A stretch of 63,806 nucleotides of DNA, filler included, from Neolecta irregularis DAH-3 (lineage: Eukaryota): the NCBI GenBank assembly GCA_001929475.1. It is 11 parts of 11 records of this genome, joined end to end, with 100 filler letters (N's around TTAATTAATTAA, not from the genome) between each part and the next. Parts side by side here need not be neighbours in the genome. Positions count along the whole stretch, not along the records: positions 1 to 7,422 come from LXFE01003020.1; positions 7,523 to 21,213 come from LXFE01003028.1; 9 more parts are not named here. One strand, written 5' to 3'. Position numbers and translations under genes: made by a program. The notes under the pieces were generated by a model. That model saw nothing but the letters and a program-made list of their open reading frames with translations. It was not told the DNA's origin and made no database searches. Positions 1 through 11,944 of this stretch are shown here, one piece after another. Numbering within the stretch: position 1 is the first letter of the stretch; the number at the start of each line of letters is the position of its first letter.

Positions 1-19
1 GGGGGGGGGGGGGGGGGGT

Positions 20-552
20 TGTAGAACATATGAGAGTTCTGACATACCTTCCTCCACCTCACCTCACTATTAACTCACTACCATAATTTCCCTCAGCCTG
101 TACCCTCAGTCATTCCAGCATGTCGTCGCTTAATACGAGCCTTTGCATTTCCCCTCATTTTCTTGTCTTTCTCATGGCCTAATACTCTGCCCTCCCCTTT
201 TCCTAAGGTTGTACTCTCGAACCGTTCTTGCAATCAAGGACAATACTCACCCCATTCCTCACCCGCAACGGCCATCATTTGGGAAACCCTTTCTACCAGA
301 AAACCGATGGAATTACCTAGTTCCTGGCCTGAGTCTCTTTGGAAGTATGGTAAGCACTAAGCACCTATTGGTCATTTCTCTCTTTCTCTCCTTTTGCTGA
401 ACTGCTATTTTCCTTCTGTCCTTGTCTTTCCTTAACTACTATTCTCACCCCTCTGCTAGATAGGAGAGCACTAGGGCTATAAATATGGGCCTAGAGCCAG
501 CCTTTTCGGATAGTCAAAATATCTCTTCTTTAATACCGTCGGAATCTCTACA
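20..552 (+). mobile_element. Putative LTR downstream of a poly-G (polypurine-tract-like) run
   Basis: G18 run at 1-18, then TGTAGA (20-25) and its inverse TCTACA (547-552). TATA motif CTATAAATATGGGC (477-490) recurs inverted at 57267-57280. Right boundary uncertain. Confidence 0.4.
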
Positions 553-1052
553 AACTCTCTGAATCTCAGCCTCGAAGAAACCAAAACCACTCTTCCTCCT
601 CGAATAAACCGAATCTCTAAGTGAGAAGTACAGCCAAATCTCCGCGAACCTACCCGAACTTGCCTGTCTCATGTCATAGCCTGAATATAGCTTGGTCATA
701 ATTTGCTTCCTCTTCCCCACGAGCTCCTAGTGTATGGGCCTGACCAAAATCCACGTAAAGGATGCAAAGAGAACGTGATTGTGTAGCAAGCTTAAAGCTC
801 CGTAAAAATAGTTCCAAGGCGTAACCGCGATCGACCATCTTGTGGACCTTTTGAACTTTCAGCGACAATTGCTTGCATGGTCTTCATGCTTGTAACAGAA
901 AGAACTTGTTGAGTGTACAGGCTTTCACTTTGCGTCTTCTAGAAAGGGAGTGAAATGTAACTAGACTCCCCTCCAAATGCATTGCTATCTTGTTTGCCAA
1001 TTCATATCCCAAATCTGACTATCAAGTTTTAAATTACAAGCAAGATTATGTG

Positions 1053-2602
1053 TCAACCATTACGTCCAGGGACAATGGTAATCAGCCCAGCTTTGACAGC
1101 GGTCTTATCCATCTCTTTCGCAAGTGAAATCATCCTGTTCAATAGTTCTTTCAGAGGCGGATGTATAGGCGATAAACTCCCTGTGTCTGCTCCATACTTG
1201 AACTCATTATAATATAAACAGTCATGTGCTGCAGACCATCTTCCAGATTCTCCGTATCCCCAAGCTTCGAATGTCGCATAAAGGTCGCCATTTCCCTTTT
1301 TGAAACTCAACAGACCATTGTTCATCCATAAGGGGTGGCCTCCCTCATCTACATGAAGCATTTGAAGACTACAAGCGTGGGTTGTTGTGTTCCCATCATA
1401 GTGGCCTATAATTCCTACATAACCTGGGGTAAAGCGAAACGGCGTCTCAGAGATGCCGTAGCCAAGCCAGAACGTCTCTTTGTCGCCTGAAAGGTCAATG
1501 GAATCACAATTGACTAAAGAAACCAAGAAAATGAACATAGCTAATTTTTTCGCGCTGTCTCTTCAAGTTCATGTGACAAGTCATCAGTAGACCACTAAGC
1601 GTTCGCATCTTATCTATGACCACTACGCCACTATGGATGTCAGCAGATGGATGTACACACAAACTACCTTTCTTGTTCATAACCAGTTCTCCTCGCTAAC
1701 CAATGCGAATCTTTTTTGATATCTTCCAAATACTTTGTGTTTTTCAGCCACGTCTCTGCTAGTCGAAAGGAATTATCGCTCGGACCTCCAATGATTCTGT
1801 CATGATAAAATATAGTTCCGGTCTCCTTGTATCCCTGTTCTTGAAAGACAACTTCTGGATTTTGGAGAAAGATTCCATCGGCATCAATCAGCACGACTTC
1901 TTTGAATGAAGAGACCAAAATTGCAAATGGTTTTATTGCCCACATCCCAGGAAGCTCAATGAGATTATGAGGATCAGTCAATATCTGCTTGATGTCTATA
2001 AAATGAATGTTGTCTCCAGCACCAGCTAAAAGATTTCGCTCTTGTTCAGTCAAGTCCTCATCTCCGGCGTAAACGATCTCGATTGGCAATGAGGTTTGGT
2101 GTATCTTGCGCAATGAGAAAACCAGATGTAAACACATGCGAAATTGCTTTCTTCCAGGTGTGATAACAATTCCTTTATCTCGAATGAAGATGGTCTCAAT
2201 GAACTGGATGAAAGTCCTGTTCTGCCCGGCAGTTGTCCATGGATATAAAATTTCTGCCACATTTGAAATCGTTTCCTTTAATTGATCTTCCACCTCGGGC
2301 GGTCTGGTTTCGTTATTGATATGAATGTTCCATAGAGCAGTAAAATCTTGAGCGTATGGTTTTATTTCTATGTAATCCAGTATATCTGGGTTGTAATGGC
2401 GACGAGAGCTTTCCTCAATGTTCTGGAGTACTTCGATAGCTCGAAGGTCTATCGGTGCTCGGGGTATCGGAGATAACTGTAATTCTGCAAACGTTGCAAT
2501 GGACTTCCCGTAGAAGAGCAAGCATAGGGATATAACGACAGCAAATGTCAAACGGCAAGCAATCGTGATTTTGCGGCAGAGAAAAAAGGATGGCGGAAAC
2601 AT
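1053..2602 (-). CDS. Alpha-1,3-mannosyltransferase (GT71/MNN1 family), 3 exons
   Basis: N-terminal TM anchor; motifs WAIKPFAILVSSFKEVVLIDADGIF, QESGVVVIDK, GDKETFWL. Two 37-nt introns (1631-1667, 1487-1523) join ORFs 1664..2638 and 1053..1538. Confidence 0.9.
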
Positions 2603-3542
2603 GGACACCGCTGCCCGAGGAATGCGGGACCAAGCCAAACTGCGGAGCAGAGGAAAATGTGTGGCGCATTAGAACCCGATTTTCAAAAAATGAGCGATTG
2701 CGGGAACGCGACATGGTTCTCCTTACTTAGGAACGACCTTCGAAATATCTCACATATTAGAGGCAGAGTGCACAAAAGAGGGCAGGCATAAATAATGGAT
2801 CCAAGTAAAAGAAAGGAAGGGAGAATGGAGTGGTATATCGAGTGCAACATTTGGATTTCTTCGTGGTGGTACCTTCGAGAAAAGTAACAAGAGAGGCCAA
2901 TCATGGGGTTGAAATTATTCTCATATCGTCTCAGGAACTCGTTAGAGCCGTAGAACTAGAGCCAAGTCTGGTTTACTATTCGGCGAGGGGTAACTAATAG
3001 GAAGTCTTTTGATAAAATTATATATTATCGTCGAAGCTTGCACCTGGATGCTCCTTTAGCCGTTGCCTAATATATTTCTAATCCCTTCTTTCATATTCCA
3101 CTTCTCAGTTCTTGCACCTAGCCTGATACCACTATCTCGGCCGTCATTTCCAGAGTTCCAACCACAAGGAGAGGAATGACAATGTGCCCCTGGCCAAGCC
3201 TGAATTTTAGAAGAATGTTTCAATGGATAATCTTCTTATATAGAAGACCAAATTTTATAAACCTAGACCAAATTCTCAGCAAACTATCGTAGAAACAGGA
3301 GTTATATAAGATTACACTAATATGGATGAGGTAGTGGTTTGGTTCTTACACTTGATATCTGCACATTCCTTTCGTCTACGATGAAGCAGACCCTGTCCTC
3401 AATAACTGACCAAGCATCAACCTATACTGAAAGCGACTGTTCCTAGTAGTTCAACAGACGTAGACAAGCCTGCAAAATTCTTTACAGTTTTATAAGTATT
3501 CGATTCTCGTACGGAATACATAAAAAAGCGCCTGCCATTTAA

Positions 3543-4349
3543 TCAATCCGTCCTACCCATCTCAATGTAATCATGGGGATTTGAATTTTCTGTCCCATTC
3601 AATTTACTGTGCTTTTTCCTCCTTCGGTTTTTGCTCTCATGGCCATTCCCATCTCCGACAGACATCCCCTCTGTCCTCAATGTTGACCTATCGTCAACTC
3701 TCATCTTCTTCCTCACACTGAGTGGGTTTGCTCCCTTCGCACGTTTTTTCTTGTTTGAAATTTTTGATTCTGGTTCACCCCCTTCGTATAGCCGGCGCTC
3801 CTCTTCATCAACACCTAACTTCTCCTCTTCGAGTTCTTTTCGTCGATTTAACGTCGCAGGACTCGCCGGTTCAAGTATCATCACTCCGCGCTTTATATAA
3901 ACTAATGGAACGCCCGGTATGTTGCGTAGCTCTGAACGTAGCGAAACATTGTTTGTGCAGACAATGTACCGATTTCGATTATATCGATATTTTGTAATTT
4001 CTGAAATACAATCGAAAGGAGATTTCGGGTCCTCGAAATGGTTACATCTTCTCCGTTCGAATTCTTTTCCCAGTTCAATTTGTTGCTTATTTTTGCCAAC
4101 GTATAAAACCTGCATTGCGCATTGCGTAATCACTACTTAATCAACTGCTACTTCTGAGCAAGAAGACGCACTTGGCTTGACTTGTCCCTGTAATGTCCGC
4201 TCCAAAGCTTTCCATAATTCGAGTTTTTGGGCTACAGCTGTTGATATTATGTCTGCATCTACGATAACTTGAAATGGTTCACGGAAGGAAAAGATTTGTT
4301 GGTATAAATGGAGCAGTTTCTTGTTCGACTTTTGACGTTTGAGTTTCAT
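3543..4349 (-). CDS. UTP23: rRNA-processing protein Utp23 (PIN-like), spliced
   Basis: MKLKRQK..FREPFQVIVD..LERTLQGQVKP|MITQC..RRCNH..IPGVPLVYIKRGVMILEP..KGANPLSV; one intron near 4133-4171. Confidence 0.92.
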
Positions 4350-4402
4350 GTGAATGTGAATGTCAAAAAATCGGAGCTTCAAAATATTATTTATCGGTTG
4401 AC

Positions 4403-5587
4403 ATGAAACATCCCGCCCAAAAATTTGCCGTTCATAACGATATAATTTACTTTGCTTTCGGACCCAACATTCAAGCTGTCCAAGATGGAAAAATACGATT
4501 CCAGTGGAAGTATTCGCAGATTGAAGATCCGATACCAATACAACATGATGCCAAATTTGGCTCTGGGATCCGGAATATCATTGCTGGGCATGACCGGATC
4601 GTTGCCGTCAGTGATGACAAATTCCTGCGTGTGTTTGACCTTGAGCTGAAATTTTTATCCAAACGGTATTTCAAATAGAGACTCTGAACCTGACCTTAAG
4701 AGAACTCGTGAAACGCGCTGTGAATCTTTGTTTTGCACCCAACGACTGCTCAATACTCATCGGTGACAAATTCGGAGATGTTACTAGGCATGAACTGAAC
4801 CCAGCCGAAGCTCAGCCTCTGAGATTGCCGAATGAGAAACCGTTGAATGTGGGAAAGATCTTATTGGGTCATGTCAGTATGTTGACCTCGCTCACTACTT
4901 CCATCAACAACAAGACAAAGCAAGGATACATCATTACCGGAGACCGAGACGAGCATATTCGGATATCAGGTTACCCTAATACATTCGTTATTGAGCGGTT
5001 TCTGCTCGGCCATCGAGCTTATGTAACTGCACTGGAAGTTGTAGGACATTTGTTGGTAAGTGGTGGCGGAGAAAATGTCGTCATTGTGTGGAACTGGGAG
5101 ACTGGGGAGGAATTAGGGCGGATTCAACTGGTGGATGATGAACAGGTTGCTGTAAATCGGATTGTGGCAATATCAGAGTCTGAAATTTTAATTTCTATCG
5201 AAGGGTATCTCAATCTTCATACTTGATCTAAGAACTAGTGGAATTAATGTGTTTTTGCTTAATTTGATGAATATGGCGAGAAAAACAATTGGCATTGGGA
5301 CGAAAGTTCTCGATATCAAGGTCATTAAAGAAAGAATCCTTGTCTCTGTGGACGATGCACGGATTCTGGTAAACTTGCAAAATATTGATGGCGTATGAAT
5401 TTTTCAGCTTGAAGATCATAACTTACCTTTCAGAAATGGGAAGTTTCTCCAGTTGAATTACCCCTAGATATCAGTTATCACGGTAACACTCAAGCTACTT
5501 CAATTTGCTTACTTTGTGATAGTTGCACAATCCGCGGTTCCCTTGTTTCCACTAACTGAAATACGAAAAAGGAAGTACGAGGATTGA
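4403..5587 (+). CDS. TRM82: tRNA m7G46 methyltransferase WD40 subunit Trm82/WDR4
   Basis: GDKFGDV, LLGHVSMLT, IITGDRDEHIRIS, FLLGH motifs; several short introns (e.g. 4666-4700). 3' end approximate. Confidence 0.88.
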
Positions 5588-6379
5588 CTTTCTGGGGGAA
5601 TGCGCTGAAAAATACCCATTTCTGTTGCCCAAGACGATTACCCTAAATAAAACAGGAAAATTGGAGTCTCGTTTATTCCGACTGTATCACGTAGGGAACC
5701 TGATTCCTGGCCCCTGACCTATCAGTTCTAAATGAGTTTCAAAAAACTACGAGGATTGAAACGATGATACTGCAATTCTCAAACCTATCAAATTGATTCC
5801 AAATACCATAATAAATGATGGGTGTATCATGGAACAGGCGAATCTCCTCACTCTTGACAGATATCCTCCTTCCAACCGACCTCCAGCTACATCCTGCGTG
5901 CAACAGACCTTGTAGCCACAAACTTGCGCCACTCTGTTTCAAAATGTCATGATGATACGTAGGTGGCAATTCTGTTTCAGGTTGAATAGATCTGACAAGT
6001 TTCAATAAAGAGTTATGATATCCTAGTAGCCAAGATCAAAAAGAAGGAGGCAAGGAATCCGGGAAGACCTTGTAAAACCTGCTAAATCTGACACCATGTT
6101 TGAGTTTGAATCCTGATCTGACGCTTTGTCCATCTTTGCCAATGACCATTCAGCCAATTGGGCTGAATCAGAGACAAAAATGTCTTGAATCTGAATAAGA
6201 AAAGACATGCAGTTTTAGCCTGTTCTAAATCCACTCATTTCTTCAGACGTTATAAATCAGGAAATTCCCCAGGAGTGATCCTCTTCAAAAATAATGATTT
6301 TTTTACCCTACATAGTCCTACTTGCTGGTACGTGTCTCCAGATTTATTATCATTGACAGTAGCCCAAGGAGCACAAGGG

Positions 6380-6985
6380 ATGATAACAAAATCCATTAAC
6401 AAATCCGAACGACAGAGTTCAGCTCCAATTCCTATCCCGGGTATGCGTTCGCCGAATGGCGTCACTAGAAGAGTTTTGAAGGAACTGAATTACAACACGC
6501 AGCCCAACCGAGAGAGCTTGTTCGACAACCCTACATTCGCTGCTGATCACTGGCATCCCTTCCCCGGTAACAACCCTGATAGTTTTCAAGGTTCAAGTCC
6601 TCGAAAAGGAAGTCTTGCTTCGAACAATGGTCGTTTGGGGACCAAAACACGATCCACGAAATTTGTCAAATTCCAAATGCAAGATCAAAATGAAGATCAA
6701 TATGAAGATTATGAAATTAAGAAAAATCGGCCTATGATGCGACGGACCGAGCGTTACAATTTCAGTCAAGAAGAGGAAACGAGAATTAAAACCTTTGGCA
6801 AAATCCCAAGTAATGAGGATAGCGATAGTGATGACGATGATTCTATCGAACGCAGACACGTCACAAGATTCAACAAACAAATGGTTGACAATGACTATAT
6901 TTTATGCGAAGACTTGGTACACGTCGAATATGATGAAGATGAAGATAGTATGTTTTCGATTTCACCGTCATATAATCAACGATGA
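6380..6985 (+). CDS. Hypothetical hydrophilic, acidic, probably disordered protein
   Basis: Long open frame (6185..6985); first ATG near 6380; no recognised domain. Confidence 0.5.
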   Translation: MITKSINKSERQSSAPIPIPGMRSPNGVTRRVLKELNYNTQPNRESLFDNPTFAADHWHPFPGNNPDSFQGSSPRKGSLASNNGRLGTKTRSTKFVKFQMQDQNEDQYEDYEIKKNRPMMRRTERYNFSQEEETRIKTFGKIPSNEDSDSDDDDSIERRHVTRFNKQMVDNDYILCEDLVHVEYDEDEDSMFSISPSYNQR

Positions 6986-7522
6986 ATCCTCTATAATTGT
7001 CTCCTCTCTTGCGGTTATTTCACGTCTATTTGTAGTAATATCATTTGTTGTATTTCTTCATGTATTTGAAAATCTGGTTAATATACAATTTCCGCAGGAA
7101 CAAGTTGAAACGCATCCTACATTACACTTTTTTGTCGTTGTCTTGACAGATCCGATTGGTCTTTGGAATAATATCAAACGCGGCCAAGTTTAAAGGCGCG
7201 GGTCCTGCGAGGGCGTCTGCAGCACCCCCAGCTGGGCGGGGCTGTAGTAGGCGATGAGATGCAGATTGCGCAGGTGATACTGAACAACTGCTTCACGAAT
7301 CCGTCAAGCTTGTATGCCAGGCTGGCGTCACGGCTGTCAGCGTCCGGCGAGCCGCTTGCACGGCGGCCCTCCATCTCGTGATAGGAAGTTGCCGCTGACC
7401 CTCCTCCATACCTGTTTTTTTTNNNNNNNNNNNNNNNNNNNNNNNNNNNNNNNNNNNNNNNNNNNNTTAATTAATTAANNNNNNNNNNNNNNNNNNNNNN
7501 NNNNNNNNNNNNNNNNNNNNNN

Positions 7523-9879
7523 GCCGCGTACCGCATCCCGCAGACGCCGCTGCTGAGCGTCACCGCGCCCGCGCCCGCCGGCGGCAGCCTGCCCGTGGCC
7601 GCCGCCGACATCGTGCGCGTCGCCCGCCTGTCGTCGCGGCACGATCCCGCGGACAAGCACGTCCTCGCTGCGACCAGCCGCTACATCGCGTATGCGCTGC
7701 CCAAGGGTGCCCGATAGCCGCAACCCGCCCGCCGGCTGACCGCAGACGCACAGGTCCGCCTCATCAGCCAGGACACGGGCGAGTCGCTGCTGCTGCCCGG
7801 CCACCGCGCACACAAGGTCGCCAATCTCGCCTTTTTCGCCCCGCGCGCTGCTTCTGCTGCTGCTGCTTCTCCCGCTAGCACCTCGCTGCTGCTGACCACC
7901 ACCGCCGGCGGCCAGGTCGACGTGTGGGCGCTGCCGCACGCCCGCTTCGACGCCGCGGCCCTGCGCCTCGTCTTCCACCTGGATCCGCGCGGCCCTGCCG
8001 ACGCCGAGCAGACAAAGTCGCGCGCGCTGTTCCACCCGCTGCGCGCCGACTGCCTGGCGATCGCGCTCGGCAAGCTGCTCTACGTCTTCGCCTTTGATCC
8101 GCTGGCCGCGGCGCCGCTCTCGCTCGCGCGCCACGACCTGCACCCGCTGCCGCGCCCCGCGCTCGCGCTGATCACCGCCGCCCGCTCCTGCAAGGACTAC
8201 TGCTTCTCGCCCGACGGCGCCCGCATCGCCACGCTCGACAAGACCGGCGATGTGCGGCTGTGGACCATCGCCGCCCGCGACCCGGCCGCCCTGCGCCAGC
8301 TCGTCGTCCCAGACCTGGCCTTCAGCGCCGGCTGCGACCACCGCGTCTCGTCGCTCTTCTTTGTGGACGCCGCCTGCAGGCTCCTCGCCATCGGCTCCAG
8401 GCAGAACCACTCCGTGCGGCTCTGCGACACGCACACGCGCAAGCCCCTGCAGGACATCCACTTCCCGCCCACGCCCCCAAACCCGAGCCAGATGGCAAAC
8501 CTCTGGTACGACCACCAGCACAAGACCCTCGTCGCAAGCAACCCGCAGCGGAACTCGCTCTACTTTCTCCGCCTCGCCGGCTCGTCGTTCACATACATCA
8601 CCGAGCGCGCGCTCCCGCACGACACCACGCTGCTCTCCATAAACATCTCAGACACCCCAGAGGCGGACACGGCCCTCTTCGACATCCCCATCGCCCACAC
8701 GCAGGGCTTCACCATCCTCCGCGTCCGCAAGGATCTCATCATGCCCATCCCCTACCCAGACGCCCCCCTCATCGACAGCTCCCTCCTCGCAACCCTGCTC
8801 CCCCCGATCGACGAAGCCGCAGACCCCCCCGACGAAAAGAAAAAAGGCAAAAAGAAGGCCGCCTCCCCCGTCTTGACTAACGGAAAACAAAAAATCGCAG
8901 ATGAAATGGTCGCTTTCGAAAGCAGTCTCTTGAAATCCCTTTCTTCCCTCCTTACATCCAGCTTGGAGGACCAAGGTATCCCTTTCTACCCCCACGCTAA
9001 CCCCAGAACGCCGTCTAGAATCATCCCGCCGTTCAACTCAGTCCCTCTATGAAGCGAACCAGTCAACCCTCCTCAAACTCGTCTCCGAAACTCTAACAGA
9101 AAATACGGGGAAAATCCTCAAAGACACTATTACATCGGGCTTGCAAAATATCGTGCTTCCACGCCACTTGCAAGACGACTCTGCTGCGCTCTCAGAATCC
9201 ATTCTCCAACCCCTGTCTAGAGATCTGCTCAAACTCTCCACCTCCCTCGATGCTCAGCTCGCCACTATGCGCGCCCACCAGATCGAAAGAGATCAGGCAT
9301 TTTCTGCAAAAATCGACCGCATACTATCCGCCCTCCAAAGAATCGAGTCCGCCCTCCCCCCAAACCTCAATGGCCACAGCCTAGTCAAAGACGAACCATC
9401 CACTCCAAGCATCGACTCGCAACGAATATCAGACTACTTGCTGCAGCACAAACACGAAGACGCCATCGTAGTCGTATGTCTTTACACAACATGTCTAACA
9501 ACAAGTGGATCCAATCAGATGAACGAGAAGACCTGTTTCGCTTCTTTCATCCCCTGTCCCCCAGCATCATCGATCAGTGCAGCCAAGTAGTCCTCTTATC
9601 TCTCGCGCATACCATTGCGGTAAACCTGGAAACCCAGCTGCAGGATAAACTCCGCTACCTCGAACGAGCATTGACCCTCATAGACCCAGAGGTGCCCATC
9701 CATATATTAGCGCTAACAAATAGAATGCTCAAATTGCTGAAGTCGCAAATGATATAATCCGTTTAATTGAACAGCAGTTGGTGTCAATCTCGGGTAGACT
9801 GACTAGTGGAGATATTACCCTCAGACATATCAAGGCTCTGCACAGGTACATCCTTGGAAAGTTTCATCATCTAGAATAA
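7523..9879 (+). CDS. EDC4: EDC4/Ge-1/Pdc1-like mRNA decapping scaffold, 5' end in gap
   Basis: N-terminal WD40-like region, coiled-coil middle, C-terminal SQVVLLSLAHTIAVNL..KLRYLERAL..DP resembling the EDC4 C-terminal domain; several introns. Confidence 0.75.
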
Positions 9880-9899
9880 ACGAGCTATAATATTATTTG

Positions 9900-9960
9900 C
9901 ATGCCGTGCTGTAATGCCATGCCGTGCTGTAATGCCGTAATGCCATGCCGTGCTGTAATC
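9900..9960. repeat. Short tandem repeat, unit ATGCCGTGCTGTAATGCC (about 3 copies)
   Basis: Directly visible in the EDC4-ARC18 intergenic region. Confidence 0.85.
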
Positions 9961-10004
9961 GCCTGCCAGCATAATAACCTTCACCTAATTGCCTGCCAAC
10001 CACC

Positions 10005-10556
10005 ATGCCCGTAATGTCTTGTCCCCCCCTCGCTAATACGCAGGCATACAATTCAACCATCCCACCAGACCATGCCATTGCAAATACCGCAATGCTGCCG
10101 CTAAATACAAAATTTCGCGGCCCCGCATACACCACAGACGAATACGACATCGTAGACGAGTCATTCGACCTATTCAGAGCAAACTCGCTCTTTCGCAACT
10201 TTGAAATCAAAAGCACCAGCGATAGAACTCTAATTTATATCATCCTATTCATATCGGAATGTCTCCAGAGACTCGGTACCGCCAAACCCGCACCGAGTCC
10301 CTCTGATGCCGTCCGGATGCTTAGTACACTAGCCCTGGAGAGCTTCAGCATCCCCGGAGAACCCTCCTTTCCACTAAACTCCATATACGCTGCACCAAAG
10401 GACAAATACGAGGCCGAGACTCTGCGCGGGTATTTAAGTCAGGTTCGCCAGGAGACCGCCGCAAGGGTCGTCACCAGAGTATATCAAAACGGCCAACTAA
10501 ACAAGTGGTGGATGTGTTTTTCAAAAAGAAGGTTTATGAACAAGTCATTAGCTTAG
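10005..10556 (+). CDS. ARC18: Arp2/3 complex subunit ARPC3/p21
   Basis: MP|AYNS..LPLNTKFRGPA..FRANSLFRNFEIK..DRTLIY..KWWMCFSKRRFMNKSL; in-frame 33-nt intron 10011-10043. Confidence 0.96.
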   Translation: MPVMSCPPLANTQAYNSTIPPDHAIANTAMLPLNTKFRGPAYTTDEYDIVDESFDLFRANSLFRNFEIKSTSDRTLIYIILFISECLQRLGTAKPAPSPSDAVRMLSTLALESFSIPGEPSFPLNSIYAAPKDKYEAETLRGYLSQVRQETAARVVTRVYQNGQLNKWWMCFSKRRFMNKSLA

Positions 10557-11251
10557 ATCTCTGAATCATTTACCCTCCCTTTCACCAAAAAACGGCCACC
10601 AAACAGTCGATGTGCTTTTCAAGGTTTACGAACAAGTCATTAGCTTAGATCTCTGAATCATTTACCTCCCTTTCACCAAAAAACGGCCAACTAAACAGTG
10701 GTGCTTTTCAAGGTTTATGAACATGGCTTAGATCTCGGGTTTAATCATTTACCTCCCTTTCACCAAATCAATCAAAACAGCCAACAGTGGATGTGTTTTC
10801 AAGGTTTATGAACAAGTTATTTGCTTAGATCTCTGGATTTAGGGTGCATTCGCCAGCCACTAGATTGACCCATTTATTGCAATTTTAGTGACAAATTCCG
10901 ATTTGTCGTCGTGTTCGGAGCCACACAACTTGACTTTAATTTGCAATATTCGTCACAAAAACGCCAGAAAGAATGCCAGATCCGATCATCCGGTAAGTGT
11001 GCGTCTGCCACTAACATTTTCATCCAAATATAACACTACATAATTTTCAGCAAATTTGAATTGATGTTACGTTCGAGGTGTCCAAAAATTATTGCTTTTT
11101 AGTTGGAGATTTGTCAGAATATCTCGAGAAGAAAATGTTGGTCTGGAGGTAGAGGATGCACTGGAAGAGATCATGCTGCTGGAAATAAGTATGTGTGCTG
11201 CTACTGCTGCTGCGAAATGACATAAAAATCAGAGGGTGGTGTGACGCTCCT

Positions 11252-11868
11252 TGTAAGCCCACGTCTTAGTAGGCTTACCACATTCTAGTGGCTCCAAGGA
11301 ATGGAGCCAAGATAATAACCGTCATTAGGTGGCAATAGGGAATGACGAGGAATGATATGTAAATGCTACAAGTAGATTTATTGATCCTCTCCTATACTCA
11401 TCGTGTACTAGGCTGAGTATAGGTAAGATCTGATCGTGTACTGCGCTGAGTATAGATTGGTTCAGTCTTTACAGAAACAAGTCTATTATCTCAGAAGATA
11501 CAAAGAGAGANNNNNNNNNNTAAGTAGATTTATTGATCCTCTCCTATACTCATCATGTACTAGGCTGAGTATAGGTAAGATCTGATCGTGTACTGTGCTG
11601 AGTATAGATTGGTTCAGTCTTTACAGAAACAAGTCTATTATCTCAGAAGATACAAAGAGAGAATCCATCATCATACCTATTATCTCAGAAGATACAAAGA
11701 GAGAATAGTAGGTATGATGGTGGGGACAAAACTATATACTAAATAAAGGTCCTTAATTAACATACGTTGTGTGATGTTACACCAACTTCATACAACGTCG
11801 TACAATGTAGTACGATGTAGGACAAACAAATAGAAATGTAGTAAGCAGATAAGGCTTATGTGCTTACA
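11252..11868. mobile_element. Probable solo LTR nested in the Harbinger-like element
   Basis: TGTAAGC...GCTTACA termini; no TSD match; spans a 10-N gap with duplicated flanks. Confidence 0.55.
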
Positions 11869-11944
11869 CCCTCTAAGCAAACTGCTTATGAAAAGTAGGA
11901 AGGATGCTGTAAGAAACACTCATTCCAACTAGTCTCAACCTGAT

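Noticed and set aside
1053-1538. Separate secreted 161-aa protein
   Set aside because: It is the last exon of the mannosyltransferase (GDKETFWL); its apparent signal peptide overlaps an intron.
7423-7522. TTAATTAATTAA inside N-runs (also near 21258, 29839, 32344, 34142, 35556, 36677, 57441, 59272, 62301)
   Set aside because: Artificial all-frame-stop linker joining contigs; not biological.
7475-8995. Many long overlapping and antisense ORFs
   Set aside because: By-product of high GC in the EDC4 coding region.
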